From positions 1,856,001 to 1,920,000 of the forward strand of contig CBDCKW010000009.1 of the NCBI GenBank assembly GCA_965218435.1: DNA of 64,000 nt, in the 5' to 3' direction. Under the pieces are notes generated by a model that saw nothing but the letters and a program-made list of their open reading frames with translations, was not told the origin of the DNA and made no database searches. A program made the translations under genes and the position numbers. The stretch comes from Truepera sp. GTDB taxonomy: Bacteria > Deinococcota > Deinococci > Deinococcales > Trueperaceae. Positions 1 to 14,500 of this stretch are shown piece after piece (within the stretch, counting starts at the first letter, position 1; every line of letters starts with the position of its first letter).

Positions 1-859
1 CGAAGGTCGTGCCGTGGCCCCCGGCGGGCATCTTCGCGGCGACTTCATCAGTCATCAGGAGTGCGCCAATCGGGACGCCGCCGCCCAAACCTTTAGCGAG
101 CGTGACCATATCGGGTTTGACGTTGTAGTGTTCCGTCGCTAAGAATTTGCCGGTACGCCCGACGCCGGACTGCACCTCGTCCATAATCAGCAGTGCGCCG
201 CGCTCACGCGTAAGCCGCCGCGCCGCCTCTAAGAACGCCGGGGCAGCTTTGTACATTCCGCCTTCGCCCTGAACGGGCTCGAGAAACACCGCCGCCGTCT
301 CGTCAGTAATCGCTGCGTCCAACTCGTCTAGCTTGTTAAACCCGATAAAGTGTGTGTCATACGGCAGCGGCCCAAACGGTTCACGGTATTTAGGCTCCCA
401 AGTTAAGCCCAGCACGCCGAGCGTCCGGCCTGAAAACCCGCGTTTGGCTGCGACAAACCCGCTCCTCCCGGTGGCTACTCTCGCCCATTTCAGCGCCGCC
501 TCGTTGACCTCACTGCCCGAGTTCGCCATAAAAACCCTTGTCAAACCCAAAGATTCCGGCACCACCGAGAAGAGTTTTTCGTAGAATTTGACCCGCGTGT
601 CGTTGCCCTGCGCCTGCGAGCAGATGATGAGCTTTTCAGCCTGTTCTGTAATCGCCTTGGCGAGCCGTTTGTTGCCGTGACCGATGCTGGCAACCGCGAT
701 ACCCGCCATGCAGTCCAAGTATTCGTTACCTTCAGCGTCGTAAATCTTTACGCCGTCGCCGTGCGTCAGTACGATGTCCGGGTGCCATAAGCCGCTGTTG
801 TGGTCGTCATCTTGCTCGAGCAGTTCTTGCGTTCTCGTTTGTGCCTGCGTTTGTGACAT
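1..859 (-). CDS. lysJ: [LysW]-aminoadipate semialdehyde aminotransferase (class III PLP), 3' end runs off the window
   Basis: Manual translation MSQTQAQ...YLDCMAG...[12 protein letters not shown]...[10 protein letters not shown]...[14 protein letters not shown]...[12 protein letters not shown]; lys cluster context. Confidence 0.9.
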   Translation of the reverse strand, partial: MSQTQAQTRTQELLEQDDDHNSGLWHPDIVLTHGDGVKIYDAEGNEYLDCMAGIAVASIGHGNKRLAKAITEQAEKLIICSQAQGNDTRVKFYEKLFSVVPESLGLTRVFMANSGSEVNEAALKWARVATGRSGFVAAKRGFSGRTLGVLGLTWEPKYREPFGPLPYDTHFIGFNKLDELDAAITDETAAVFLEPVQGEGGMYKAAPAFLEAARRLTRERGALLIMDEVQSGVGRTGKFLATEHYNVKPDMVTLAKGLGGGVPIGALLMTDEVAAKMPAGGHGTTF

Positions 860-869
860 AGTTTCTCCT

Positions 870-1328
870 CTAGCTATCGTAAAGCACAACATGCTTGAGC
901 GTTTGCGGAAGGTTCTCGAGTCGGTCTCTCAAAAAGTCAGGTTTCAGGTTGACTTCTTTGGTTTCTGCTGCGTTTACCCATAACAGTTCATCGTCATCAT
1001 CGGCAACCCGTAAAAGCAGCTCCGAGCCAGGTAAAACGACTTCATAGTACAGACAAAGCTCATGCACTCGTTTTCCGTGCAAACTGAAAAAGTTTTCAAC
1101 AAAAAACGCTAGACGCTCGACCTTTGCCACAACCTCGAGTTCTTCTTGCAACTCACGCACAACAGCCTCTAATGAAGATTCGCCGTCTTTTACTCTACCA
1201 CCGGAGAGATAACAAAAATTATCTCTTTTAGAGCGGCACACCAGATAGTCATTTTTACGTCGAACAATCGCCGCCACGCGGTAGTTGAAGAAGTGTTCAC
1301 CAATTTTTACGGTAATGTCTTGTGCCAT
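870..1328 (-). CDS. NUDIX hydrolase
   Basis: Nudix box GGRVKDGESSLEAVVRELQEE. Confidence 0.9.
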   Translation of the reverse strand: MAQDITVKIGEHFFNYRVAAIVRRKNDYLVCRSKRDNFCYLSGGRVKDGESSLEAVVRELQEELEVVAKVERLAFFVENFFSLHGKRVHELCLYYEVVLPGSELLLRVADDDDELLWVNAAETKEVNLKPDFLRDRLENLPQTLKHVVLYDS

Positions 1329-2131
1329 CAGTGAACGACTGTACCGCGTCCAGCTAAGGCCGCTGAAACGGGTTCAGAAATCCGTGCATCACCAAACACG
1401 ACCCGCTTAACCCCACCCTGCACCGCTTCGGCTGCACCCAAAACCTTTTTCTTCATCCGGTCATGGGCAAACGCCATAAAACTCTCGACCTCAGCCGCCG
1501 AAATCTCTGCAATCAGTGAAGCCTCGTTGGGAAAATCCCGAAGTAAACCGGGAACGTTCGATAAGAGCAAAAGTGCTTCGGCTTGAAATGCTACGGCTAA
1601 AGCCGCCGCTGCCCGGTCGCCGTCTACGTTGATGGCTACGCCGTCATAGCTCGAGCCCGGTGGCGTTAAAACAGGCAAGTAGCCGTTCTCGAGTAGTAGC
1701 GTTAAAAGCCCAGTATTGACCTGCTCAACCGTGCCGGTATGGTCACCACGCAAAATCTTGACCTTGCCGTTTTCAACGCTCCGCACCTTATCTTTGTGTT
1801 TGCCTTCAAAGATGCGCCCGTCCAGACCTGACAGCCCGACCGCGTTGACACCCAAACGCTGGAACCGCTCGACCAGCCCCTTGTTTTGCTTGCCGCAGTA
1901 GACCATCTCAAAGATTTCTAAAGTTTTACGGTCGGTAAAGCGACTCGAGTACCCCGACGGACTCGTCACAAATCTGGGCGGATGGCCCAGCTGTTCGGCA
2001 ATCCGGTTCGTTTCGGCGCTGCCGCCGTGAACGACGATGAGCTTCTCCCCTGCTCGGTGTAGCGCCGCCACGTCTTCACAGAGTGCGTCATAGTCGATGC
2101 CGAGCGAGCCGCCGACTTTGACGACGATCAC
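1328..2131 (-). CDS. lysZ: [LysW]-aminoadipate kinase
   Basis: VVKVGGS, VHGG, NVDGDRAAA amino-acid-kinase motifs; lys cluster. Confidence 0.93.
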   Translation of the reverse strand: MIVVKVGGSLGIDYDALCEDVAALHRAGEKLIVVHGGSAETNRIAEQLGHPPRFVTSPSGYSSRFTDRKTLEIFEMVYCGKQNKGLVERFQRLGVNAVGLSGLDGRIFEGKHKDKVRSVENGKVKILRGDHTGTVEQVNTGLLTLLLENGYLPVLTPPGSSYDGVAINVDGDRAAAALAVAFQAEALLLLSNVPGLLRDFPNEASLIAEISAAEVESFMAFAHDRMKKKVLGAAEAVQGGVKRVVFGDARISEPVSAALAGRGTVVH

Positions 2132-2535
2132 GGCAAAAGCTCCAGATGCGTCATTCCTTTGGGTTTTAGAAAGGTGAAATGACGACGGTCGAGGGTAAGG
2201 ATGCGGGGTACGCGTAGGCGCTCAGCGAGCGCCATAACTGACGTATCTACAAAACCGAGGTTGGCGTCCCTATACTGTTGCCTCAGCTCGAGCGCCCGCT
2301 TAATGTCCGTAAGTTCAATCTGCGCAAAGTCGTAAGCGCCACTTATGAGGTCTTCCAAAAAGGTTTGTGCAGTTGCAGCGCCCAAACGAGTGGTCGCCAT
2401 ATAATCCACTTCGTAAATGACCGAACTCGGTACGATCACGCTCTCCTGCTCGAGTAACGCACGCGCAGAGGCGTGCAGTGCGTGGTCGGCGTCGAGCAGT
2501 ACCAGTATTCCACTGGTATCAGCGATAAGGCTCAA
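2128..2535 (-). CDS. PIN-domain (VapC-like) toxin
   Basis: IADTSG, E, FVD and TLDRRHF PIN acidic motifs. Confidence 0.9.
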   Translation of the reverse strand: MSLIADTSGILVLLDADHALHASARALLEQESVIVPSSVIYEVDYMATTRLGAATAQTFLEDLISGAYDFAQIELTDIKRALELRQQYRDANLGFVDTSVMALAERLRVPRILTLDRRHFTFLKPKGMTHLELLP

Positions 2536-2804
2536 GACCCTACTTCTGCTGTTCGGGCTTCCATAAGGCGCACATACTTTTCCTCGTAGAGTTTATGCAG
2601 TAGTTCTTCGTCGTGTTCTGCTAAGTCGGGTACACCGCTGCGGCCCATCCCGACCGAACGGGGCAACGGGCGCGGCGCACGCTGCTCTACATAGGTTGTA
2701 AGTGCTTCGCGGATAAGCTCTGCTTTAGAACGCCCCTGCTGCCGCGCCAGCTGAGAAAGATTTAGGTCGGTTTGTTCCTCGAGATAAACCGTCGTCCGTT
2801 TCAT
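2532..2804 (-). CDS. Ribbon-helix-helix (CopG-like) antitoxin
   Basis: MKRTTVYL...GRSKAELIREAL; overlaps the PIN gene; TAACAT -10 box 7 nt before the ATG at 2804. Confidence 0.88.
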   Translation of the reverse strand: MKRTTVYLEEQTDLNLSQLARQQGRSKAELIREALTTYVEQRAPRPLPRSVGMGRSGVPDLAEHDEELLHKLYEEKYVRLMEARTAEVGS

Positions 2805-2845
2805 GACATATATGTTAGCATACACAAATCTTAGTAAGGCACCTG

Positions 2846-3265
2846 TTACTCCAAAGAAGACGCCGCTACAGCTTTGCGGCGCATCAGCCGCTCCGGATTT
2901 ACCGAACGTTCAAACCCGAAAGATTCGTAGAGCCCGTGCGCGTCTCTCGTAAAGAGCGTCCAGTTACACGTCCGTAATTCCGGGTGAGTCAAAACAGTCT
3001 CGAGCAGACGTTTTCCGAGTCCGTGACCCCTATGCGCCTCTAAGATAAAGACGTCGGCTAGATAGGCGAACGTCGCGTAATCGGTAATCACCCTAGCAAA
3101 TCCGACCTGCGCGTCACCCTCGTAAACGCCAAAACAGAGCGAGCCTCTAATAGCCGCAGTGACGGCCTTAAACGTCCGCCCTTCAGCCCAATACGAAGTT
3201 GTCAGAAAGGTGTGAATAAGCGGGACGTCCAGCTTAGCTTTGTCCGTACTGATAATGTAGATCAT
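2846..3265 (-). CDS. GNAT N-acetyltransferase
   Basis: QVGFARVITD...YLADVFILEAHRGHGLGK. Confidence 0.9.
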   Translation of the reverse strand: MIYIISTDKAKLDVPLIHTFLTTSYWAEGRTFKAVTAAIRGSLCFGVYEGDAQVGFARVITDYATFAYLADVFILEAHRGHGLGKRLLETVLTHPELRTCNWTLFTRDAHGLYESFGFERSVNPERLMRRKAVAASSLE

Positions 3266-4437
3266 TTAGTTCCTGCTTGTAGGGCGGCTCGAGTTGAGCG
3301 GGTAAGTCCGGTAGGCAGTACGAGTTTTTTTGCGCCCAAGTAAGCCATAAACCTTTTTACAGCCTCGGTGAGCGCCGCCAGCATCTCCGCGTCCGGCGTC
3401 ACGTCCGGCTCCCAAAACCAGGCGTAAAGCTCCCAGACGTCACCTTTAACGCGTGAATCGAACCGCGCCACAAAACGGCCTTGGTAAAAGACCGGCAGCA
3501 CGTAGTAGCCCCACGTCCGCAGCGCTTCAGGTTTATAGACCTCCCAAAGATAGTTAAAGCCGAAGATGTGCGAGGCGGCTTTACGGTCCCACAACAGTTG
3601 GTCGAGTGGGGCGACGAAGGTCATGCACTTACTCGGCGCAGCTTCGTCTAGCTTTGTCAGCGTCTCCGGTAACGCGTGAAACCGCACGCCGTCAACGTCA
3701 ACCGGCACGAGTTTACCTTTAGCGACAAGTTGCTCAATCACGGCCCGCCGCGCCGCTGCCGAAATACCCAAGCTCCAAACCTCGGCGCTGGCGTTCGGCC
3801 TCAAGAGTCCAACAGCCTGATGACGCAAAAGGATGAGCCACGTCACCATCTCAGCTTCCGGGAGGGGTGCGGCGTTATAAAGGTCTGGCGGAACGATGCG
3901 CTCGGAGAGGTTATAGATGTGATGCCCGTTTTTACGCCCGGAGGTCATCACTTTGCCGGTATGCCACAGCGCCCGCAACACGTTTTTCGTGAGTTTCGGG
4001 CCGTACCACGAGCCTTCCCATTCGGGTTTATGCAGCTGATACCTAAACGCCGTACTGCTCAGTGGGCCGCGCTCACGCAGTTCACTCAGTACGGCGTCTA
4101 CCGCCTCCGGGAAAACCTGCAAGATACGTTCATCCCACCGGCTTTTATGCCAATGGTGATAGATACGGCGCGTCGGCCAGTCCTTCATCAAGACAAGTGA
4201 CGCTTGTTTATCCCACGCGTCGTAGATAAACCGTTCTCGATAGGCGAGCCGCTCCCAGTCGCCGACGCGGTAGCCGGGAACCCGCGCCTGCAAGACCAAA
4301 TCGTGATTGCGACCCACCGGATTTAAGGGGTCGTACTGGACGCTGCCGAGGCGGGTCAGCACATTTTTAAGACTCCCCGGCGTGAAGTGATGGCGGGCGA
4401 GGAGGAGGCGCACATCCCTTTTGCTAAGTTTGAGCAT
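3262..4437 (-). CDS. AlkZ/YcaQ-like winged-helix (HTH_42) crosslink-repair DNA glycosylase family
   Basis: QYDP (QxD) motif, APLDQLLWDR, YLWEVYKP, GYYVLP. Confidence 0.85.
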   Translation of the reverse strand: MLKLSKRDVRLLLARHHFTPGSLKNVLTRLGSVQYDPLNPVGRNHDLVLQARVPGYRVGDWERLAYRERFIYDAWDKQASLVLMKDWPTRRIYHHWHKSRWDERILQVFPEAVDAVLSELRERGPLSSTAFRYQLHKPEWEGSWYGPKLTKNVLRALWHTGKVMTSGRKNGHHIYNLSERIVPPDLYNAAPLPEAEMVTWLILLRHQAVGLLRPNASAEVWSLGISAAARRAVIEQLVAKGKLVPVDVDGVRFHALPETLTKLDEAAPSKCMTFVAPLDQLLWDRKAASHIFGFNYLWEVYKPEALRTWGYYVLPVFYQGRFVARFDSRVKGDVWELYAWFWEPDVTPDAEMLAALTEAVKRFMAYLGAKKLVLPTGLTRSTRAALQAGTK

Positions 4438-4897
4438 CTTCAGGCGGTGGACTCCAGCAACCTAAAAGCTGCCGTAAAAGAACGATTTTACCCAGGTGGT
4501 AGGCGCTGTGAACGGCAAGCACTTCGAGTGCGTTCCTCCAGGTGAAGCCGGGGTTATCGTCTGTTTCTTCAGTCTCGAGCCAAGCTTCATCTCGAGCAAG
4601 TTTTACGGCACGCTCCGAGTAAGCGAGAAACGAAGCTACCAGCGCCTGCCAAGCCGCTTCATTTTCGGGTGCAGAACCAGCAGGAAACTGCCCGCCTTGA
4701 TCAAAACGTTCAAAAGCTGCTTCGTCACGGTTTAAAACGATACGCTGCCACTCGGCGGCGTGCCACAGCTCCTCAAAAATGCTGTGCGGCGCTCCGGCAG
4801 GGCGTGTGCTAACTTGCTCGACTGTAAGCTCCTCGAGAATATGCGCACGGGGCGCAAACTCACCGGTTAGAAAAAGATGCTCCCAGACGTTTACCAT
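4424..4897 (-). CDS. DinB/YfiT-family protein
   Basis: HSIFEELWH and HSAYHLGKIVLLRQ motifs; AAGGAGG RBS before the ATG at 4897. Confidence 0.85.
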   Translation of the reverse strand: MVNVWEHLFLTGEFAPRAHILEELTVEQVSTRPAGAPHSIFEELWHAAEWQRIVLNRDEAAFERFDQGGQFPAGSAPENEAAWQALVASFLAYSERAVKLARDEAWLETEETDDNPGFTWRNALEVLAVHSAYHLGKIVLLRQLLGCWSPPPEDAQT

Positions 4898-4967
4898 GTC
4901 GCCTCCTTGAAAGTCACACTTTATGCTAGCCGCGAAAGCGGTCAAATCTTGTCCCAAATATAGTGCC

Positions 4968-5132
4968 CTACCACGTATCTCCACCCGACGGCGGCGGCCA
5001 CAGTCTCAGAAGTTGCCGTAAAAAGACCATCCGCCCGAAGTGATAGGCGTTATGGGCGATGAGGGACGCGAGCACGTGCGCGGGCGTAACAGACGCGCCA
5101 TCCGCAATAAGAAGTTTTTGCAGCGGTGTCAT
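4968..5132 (-). pseudogene. Internally deleted DinB paralog (54 aa mini-gene)
   Basis: MTPLQKLLIADGASVTPAHVLASLIAHNAYHFGRMVFLRQLLRLWPPPSGGDTW: the N- and C-termini of a DinB protein joined together. Confidence 0.8.
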
Positions 5133-5151
5133 CCCCTAGTTTACAGATAGC

Positions 5152-6219
<1,068 letters not shown>

Positions 6220-6259
6220 TCATCACTGACCTCTTTCAGCTCGAGATTTGAGAGTGAGA

Positions 6260-7069
6260 TTAGAAAAATAATGCTATCGTCCTCCATAAACCGAGTAGCA
6301 AAGCAATTATGCCGAGCGCCTTAAATATCCAGTGTTCTCGCACGTACTCAACTAAAGTTGATGGATTAAGGCCGTGTATATCTACCCATTTGGCATCTGT
6401 TTTCAAAGTTCTGTCTGCCACCCGCTGAAAGATTTCCGAAAGCACATGGGATTTACGCAACGTAGATTGATGAAGCTTGACATACTCTCCTTTCTCAAAA
6501 GCTTCTGCTTCTTCAGCTCCTGACAGAAAATCCGTCCGGCTAATACCGTTTTTATCAACAAGGGTTTCCAAACGAGGATGACCTATATATTTCTTTCCAT
6601 ATATCTGACCAAGCGCCCGAGAAAGGTCAAACTTTTTCTCTTCGCTGAACAAAGAGTGCTCCAATTGTTGTCCTAGAACTTTGTAACGGTGTTCGATTGC
6701 TTCAAAACCATAGTTGATGTCTCGCATATTCCAGTGAACCCAGCTGCATGGTTTATTTGAATGAGCAAACTCGAAGAACTCATTCAGCATCTTTCGCTCT
6801 AAAGAATCGTAGTGCGAGTCTATTTCTTGAGTTGGTATATGCTCCTGCTCAGCGATCTTATGGATTGAAAAAGATTTTGTTTGACCAGAAGCTAGGTTGC
6901 TCACCGCAATAGATGTAATTCTAGGTGTGCTACCGTCGGGTCTGTCATAAAAGCTTTCACAAGAATAATGAATCATCAATGTTGTATCGGCTTTTCTGTC
7001 TAACTCTTCAATTTTTGCCAGGAGCTTTTCCCTCTGCTCAAGTCTTTTACGCTCTCTGCCCATTGACAA
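6260..7069 (-). CDS. Low-GC hypothetical protein, possible DnaQ/RNase H-like fold with a C-terminal TM helix
   Basis: 269 aa ORF; AT-rich relative to neighbours; hydrophobic C-terminus IFKALGIIALLLGLWRTIALFF. Confidence 0.7.
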   Translation of the reverse strand: MSMGRERKRLEQREKLLAKIEELDRKADTTLMIHYSCESFYDRPDGSTPRITSIAVSNLASGQTKSFSIHKIAEQEHIPTQEIDSHYDSLERKMLNEFFEFAHSNKPCSWVHWNMRDINYGFEAIEHRYKVLGQQLEHSLFSEEKKFDLSRALGQIYGKKYIGHPRLETLVDKNGISRTDFLSGAEEAEAFEKGEYVKLHQSTLRKSHVLSEIFQRVADRTLKTDAKWVDIHGLNPSTLVEYVREHWIFKALGIIALLLGLWRTIALFF

Positions 7070-7147
7070 GAAGTTTACCTAGAAATGACCGTCTGAGTTT
7101 ATGTATTTATGACGGTCATCGCTTTAGTATTCTTTTTGACTGACGGA

Positions 7148-8047
7148 CTAAACGCTCACAAGTTGCGCTGCAGCATATCGCACGACTTTAGCCGGAATAT
7201 CCACCCCCGTCGTAGAAACCGAATTCCGAAACTCCATCGTGTGATTGACTTCAACGACGAGTAAGCCGCGTTCACTCTCGAGCAAATCCACCGCCACCAC
7301 GCCGCCGCCAACCGCCGCTGCTGCTGCGAGCGCCGTATGAACGAGTTCACCGTAGAGCGGGCAGTTCGTAGCGACTGCGCCCCGCGCCGTATTCGTCACC
7401 CAGTGCGCCGACGTGCGGTAGATGGCCGCGACGACCTCACCCCCGACGACGAACGCGCGGATGTCACGTCCCGGCTTGTGGACGAACTCTTGTAGGTAAA
7501 AAACTTTATGCTGTGGCCCGCCCAATGTCTCTTTGTGCTCTAAGACGGCCTCGAGCGCGTCCTGGTCGTTGAGCCTCGAGACCATCCGGCCCCACGAGCC
7601 CACAGTGGGCTTGAGGACCACCGGATAACCAAACCGCTCGGCGAGGGCGACCGCCGACTCGGTACCGAACGCAACACCGGTACGCGGCGTCGGGACGCCT
7701 GCACGGGTAAGCGCGGCGTTTGTGGCCAGTTTGTCGCCGCAGACCTCGATGACTTCGGGTGTATTGAGAACGCGGGCACCGAGCGCCGTAAAAATACGTG
7801 ACACGGCGAGGCCGCGCGTTTGTGAGACGCAGCGTTCAAGTACGACACCGTACTGCGGCAGTTCGGACAGGGCGCTAAAGTCGCACACGAGCTGCGGCGC
7901 GTAGAGCTTGTCGAAAGCGACACCTTGCCGTTCAAACGCCTCGAAGAGCATCTTTTCTTCCGGTCTGAGGCGGTCATAGACGACCGCGATACGGGGCGTC
8001 GTGGCAAACGGACGTTCTAAAACCGGAGGTTCTAAAATTTGGGTCAT
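7148..8047 (-). CDS. lysX: Alpha-aminoadipate-LysW ligase (RimK/ATP-grasp)
   Basis: [34 protein letters not shown]. Confidence 0.95.
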   Translation of the reverse strand: MTQILEPPVLERPFATTPRIAVVYDRLRPEEKMLFEAFERQGVAFDKLYAPQLVCDFSALSELPQYGVVLERCVSQTRGLAVSRIFTALGARVLNTPEVIEVCGDKLATNAALTRAGVPTPRTGVAFGTESAVALAERFGYPVVLKPTVGSWGRMVSRLNDQDALEAVLEHKETLGGPQHKVFYLQEFVHKPGRDIRAFVVGGEVVAAIYRTSAHWVTNTARGAVATNCPLYGELVHTALAAAAAVGGGVVAVDLLESERGLLVVEVNHTMEFRNSVSTTGVDIPAKVVRYAAAQLVSV

Positions 8048-8211
8048 TCGCCCCAGTCCTCGTCTTCTTCGGGGGCGGGCTCGAGCCGCAGTGGGTCGAG
8101 GCCGACAACCTCGAGTTCAGTGCCGTCGTCCGAGACGAGGAGTTCGCCGAGTTCAACGGTTTCAGTGTCAACTTCAACGGTGCCGTGCGGGGTTTCGATG
8201 GTTTCTAGCAT
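8044..8211 (-). CDS. lysW: Amino-group carrier protein LysW (55 aa; below the ORF-track cutoff)
   Basis: [56 protein letters not shown]-terminal EDWGE; ATGA overlap with lysX; GAGG RBS. Confidence 0.95.
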   Translation of the reverse strand: MLETIETPHGTVEVDTETVELGELLVSDDGTELEVVGLDPLRLEPAPEEDEDWGE

Positions 8212-8264
8212 GGTTTCCTCTCAAAATAGGTAAATTGGGTCAGGCGGTGGTTCGGCGCTTCCGG

Positions 8265-8758
8265 CTACTGCTCACCCGGAAAGCGCCCGTGTTTTCGGTA
8301 GTAGGCCAAAATCGAGCCTTCTTTAAGGGCTTCTTGGAGAAATAAAGGGGGGGGCTCGAGGCTGAATACCTCATCGCCTCTCGTCACCGTCCCGGCAGCC
8401 AGATCAAACGACACCGTGTCACCGTCTTGCAGCGCGTCCGGTACGGTGTCCGACGTAAACGCCGGGATGCCCAAATTGAGCAGGTTGCGGTAGTGAATCC
8501 GGGCAAACGATTTGGCAATCACCGCGCTGACACCTAACGTTTTGAGTGCTTGCGGCGCATACTCACGTGATGAGCCGAGACCCCAGTTGCGACCACCGAC
8601 AAGGAGGTCACCGGGTCGGACGTTTTCAGCAAAGTCAGGCCGCAGGTGCGCGAAAGCGTAGCGATGAAACCTGTCCTCGCCGACCATAAACGGGGCGTAC
8701 TTACCGGGCAAGATGTCGTCGGTGTTGAGGCTGTCGCCAAATCTCCAGACTCGGGCCA

Positions 8759-8759
<1 letters not shown>
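8265..8759 (-). CDS. lysU: Homoaconitase small subunit
   Basis: NTDDILPGKY, GSSREYAP, KSFARIHYRN. Confidence 0.9.
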
Positions 8760-11241
<2,482 letters not shown>

Positions 11242-11259
11242 TCAAGCTCGATACCCGTT

Positions 11260-11289
11260 ATCGTAGAGGGTTTAGAGGTGCTTTGTCAA
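11260..11289 (-). promoter_or_regulatory. Sigma70-type promoter of the lys operon
   Basis: TTGACA (11289-11284), 18 nt spacer, TACGAT (11265-11260) on the minus strand. Confidence 0.65.
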
Positions 11290-11560
11290 ATCTGTTTATA
11301 CCGTCCTGAACGGGATTTTCCTGGGTTTCATAAGGTAAAATCAAGACTCGCAGAAGACTCAAAAGGTGGATGTGTCAGCGCGTTGTTTTTATAACTGATC
11401 AATGATTTCAGCCAACGAAACGTAAGTGGTTAACAAAGCCGTCGGCTAGCCGAAGAGCTATGTCCATACGCCGCCTGACTGCTGGCGACACACCAACGGA
11501 CCGCAGCCTGTCTGACCATTTCCGGCTGACAGGCTAGCTAAATCAAAATTTATGCGTGAG

Positions 11561-14500
11561 CTAGTAGTCGGAAAACCTGACGAACCGATCTTCTAAACCC
11601 CACCCTAACTGCGTGGCAAAGGCGCTTAAAACCTCGAGCAGATGTGGGCTCGGCTCGAGGCCCAAATCTTTTATCGCCTGCACGTAGTTGCTGTATTGTC
11701 GCCGCGCCTGTTCGGGGTTGCGGTTGTCCAGATGGTAACGGATCAGTTCCAAGTAGCCCGGTTCGTGGCAGGGATCGAGCTTAAACGCGAGTTTGGCGTA
11801 AGTCGGGATGAGATGGCGCTGGGTGTCACTTAAGCGGGGCAAGAGGTCAGAGAGTAAGACCAGCGCGTGCTCTTGCAGATGCCGGCGGCGCACCTCGACC
11901 CAGTTGGCGTAGTAACCGGGGAGGTAGTCACCCTGATAAATATCGAGTGCTGCCATCAGCGTTTCAATAGGATCACCGGGGCGGAGCCGCTCTAAAGTGC
12001 CCGCGTCTTCTTGAATCAGCAGGTCGGGCGAAAAGGTGTAGAGATTGCCGTCACGAACGATAGACTCACGCCAGCCTAAGGTGCGGCGGGCGCGGGAGAG
12101 CGCCACGCTAAACTGCTGTTCCGGGTCGCGGCCGCTCTCGTCCCAGAGGGCGTCTAAAAAGTCGTCACGCGACGCGCCGACACCCGTCGAAGCCAAAAAG
12201 AGCACGATGTCGCGCGGTTTACGGCCGTTCCAGTCGTTGATAGCGACCGGCGTACCATTTAGAGAGATCTCCACGTGACCGCAAGTAAAGAGCTCTAAAA
12301 CGGCTCTGGGCGCTTTGGGGAGCAGTACCGGCGTGGGCGCGGGCGTCGGCGCGTTACGGATGATGAGCGGGGGCCGCGCCCGGTAGCCGAGGCTGCGTTC
12401 AGCCTCTTGTGCGCGCACCGCGTACCGGGCCGACTGTGCGCCGGGACGCTCGCTGTAGAGCCAAAACACCTGCGTCAGTTCACGAGTTGCGCCGATGGCG
12501 GCGAACACCTTTTCAGCGGCAGAGAGCGCGTCCGCGTCCCCGAGTTGCGCCGCTAAGAGGTAAGCGAGCCCTTCACAAAAACGGAACCCGTGCGTGAGCG
12601 CGAGTTCACGGGCGTGTTCGGCGTAGCGTTCGGCTTTCGCGCGCTGCCCCCCAAGGCTGTAGACCCGCGCCAAACCGAGCAGCGCGTAGGGATGCGTAAA
12701 GGCGTCCGACGGACTCTGACTTACCGCAAAACGGTAGTGTTTTTCAGCGTCCTCGTTACGGCCCAGCGCGAGGTAGAGGTCGCCCAGGGTGCAGTGGAGT
12801 AAGACGGGCGACTCCTCGAGCGACAGGTCGTTCCAGAGCGAGAGCGCCCGCAGGCCGGTGGTGAGACCTTCGTGCAGGTCGCCCAAGTAGTAGTGACAGC
12901 TGGCAACATTGTTGAGCGTTGACGCGATCTGATACGAGTTGGCGCGCGCTTCCCAGTAAGCGAGCGCCTTTTGGTTGAGGAGTAGAGAACGTTGCACGTC
13001 GCCGCTATAGTCGGCGTACGAGGCGAGCCCCCGCGTCGCTAACGCCTCGAAGTAGCCGTCGGACAACTCTTCACCAATTTTTCGGACGAACTCGAACGCG
13101 GTTTGCGCCTCACTGTAGCTGCCTAAACTCATGTGAGCACGCGCCACCGAATTATAAGAAAACGCCAGCTCACGCAGTTGCCGCGTTTCGCGCAGTTCTT
13201 GCAGCACCCGCGGCGCACGTTCTAAGAGTTCTTTGTACCGCCGCAGGTTGTGCTCGGCGCGCAGAAGACCGCTGAGGGCGGCGGCGTGAAGCCGGCGGTC
13301 ACCCACACCGAGCTTTAGCGCCCGTTCGTAAAGCTCTTTGGCGGCGGCGGCGTCGCGCTGCACGAGCGCCTCGCCCATCAAGATCAGCAGTTCCGGATGG
13401 TGTTTAAGCGCGTCTTCGGGCAGCCGGCGGAGCCACATGGCAAAGTGGCTGTAGTCGCCCAATTCGCGCAGGGTGCGTTGCAGCGTCCCCAAGCGTTCGA
13501 CGATAGCAGCGACTGCGCCCGCGTTGACGAGGTTCTCGAGCGCGTCAAGTTTGCCGGCGTCAAAGCGCTGGGCCCCGATCCGGAGGTTGAGTTCGCGCCA
13601 CAGCTCGGGATGGTTACGCTCGAGCGACTCTTTGAGAAAATCCTTGACGAGCGGCTGCAGGTCGTACTCGGGCTCGCCGCGCCCCCCGGTCGCAAAGAGC
13701 AGCGCGTGGCGTTTGCTGAGACGTTCTAAAAGCCCCAGTTCTTCAGGTTGGCAGTAGCGCACCAACTCGCTTTCCGCGAAAGGTGCCAACAGCGCCGTCA
13801 GGTAGGCAAACCGCTGCTCACGTTCGGAAAGTTCACCCAAAACTTCGGAGCCTAAATAGTCGTACACCAGGTTTTCGGCAGCGAACCCTTCCGCAAGCGA
13901 ATCCGCGCCGCCCTCAAGGTGTGCCGCGCCGTGACCGAGCAGCAGGGTAAACCCGGCCGGCCAGCCGCCCAAACGTTCGTGCTCGGCCGCCGCCACACGT
14001 TCGTCCGAACAGCCGAGCGCACGGGCAGCAGCAGCAGCCTCTTCAGCGGAGAACGCCAGCTGTGTCTGGGTGAGCAAGTTGACCTCTTGATTGGCAACCA
14101 GCCGCGCTAAGTTGAGCTGCGTTTGGTTACGCGATAAGATCAGCAGGTGGCACGTCGGCGGCAGATAGGTGATCAGGGTATCGATAAAGCTGGTGATCTC
14201 CGGCGCGTCGGAAACTTTGTGAAAATTACTGAGGATAATAAGTAAAGGTTCGCCCAGCTCGAACAGCGTCGCCGTCAGCAGATTGGCGAGTTCCCAGGGG
14301 GTGGCGTCTTGCGGGGGTTCGGGGAGGCGTTCGGAAAAGTCAGGCACGCGCTGCGAGACAGCTTCACATAGGTAGGCGTAAAAAACCTCTAGGTGGGCGT
14401 CGTGTTCGTCTAACTCGTACCACAGGTCACGGTGCTGAGTCGCGTGCTGCGCGGCGCTGGCAAGCTCCAAGGCCAACACTGTTTTGCCGTAGCCCGCCGG

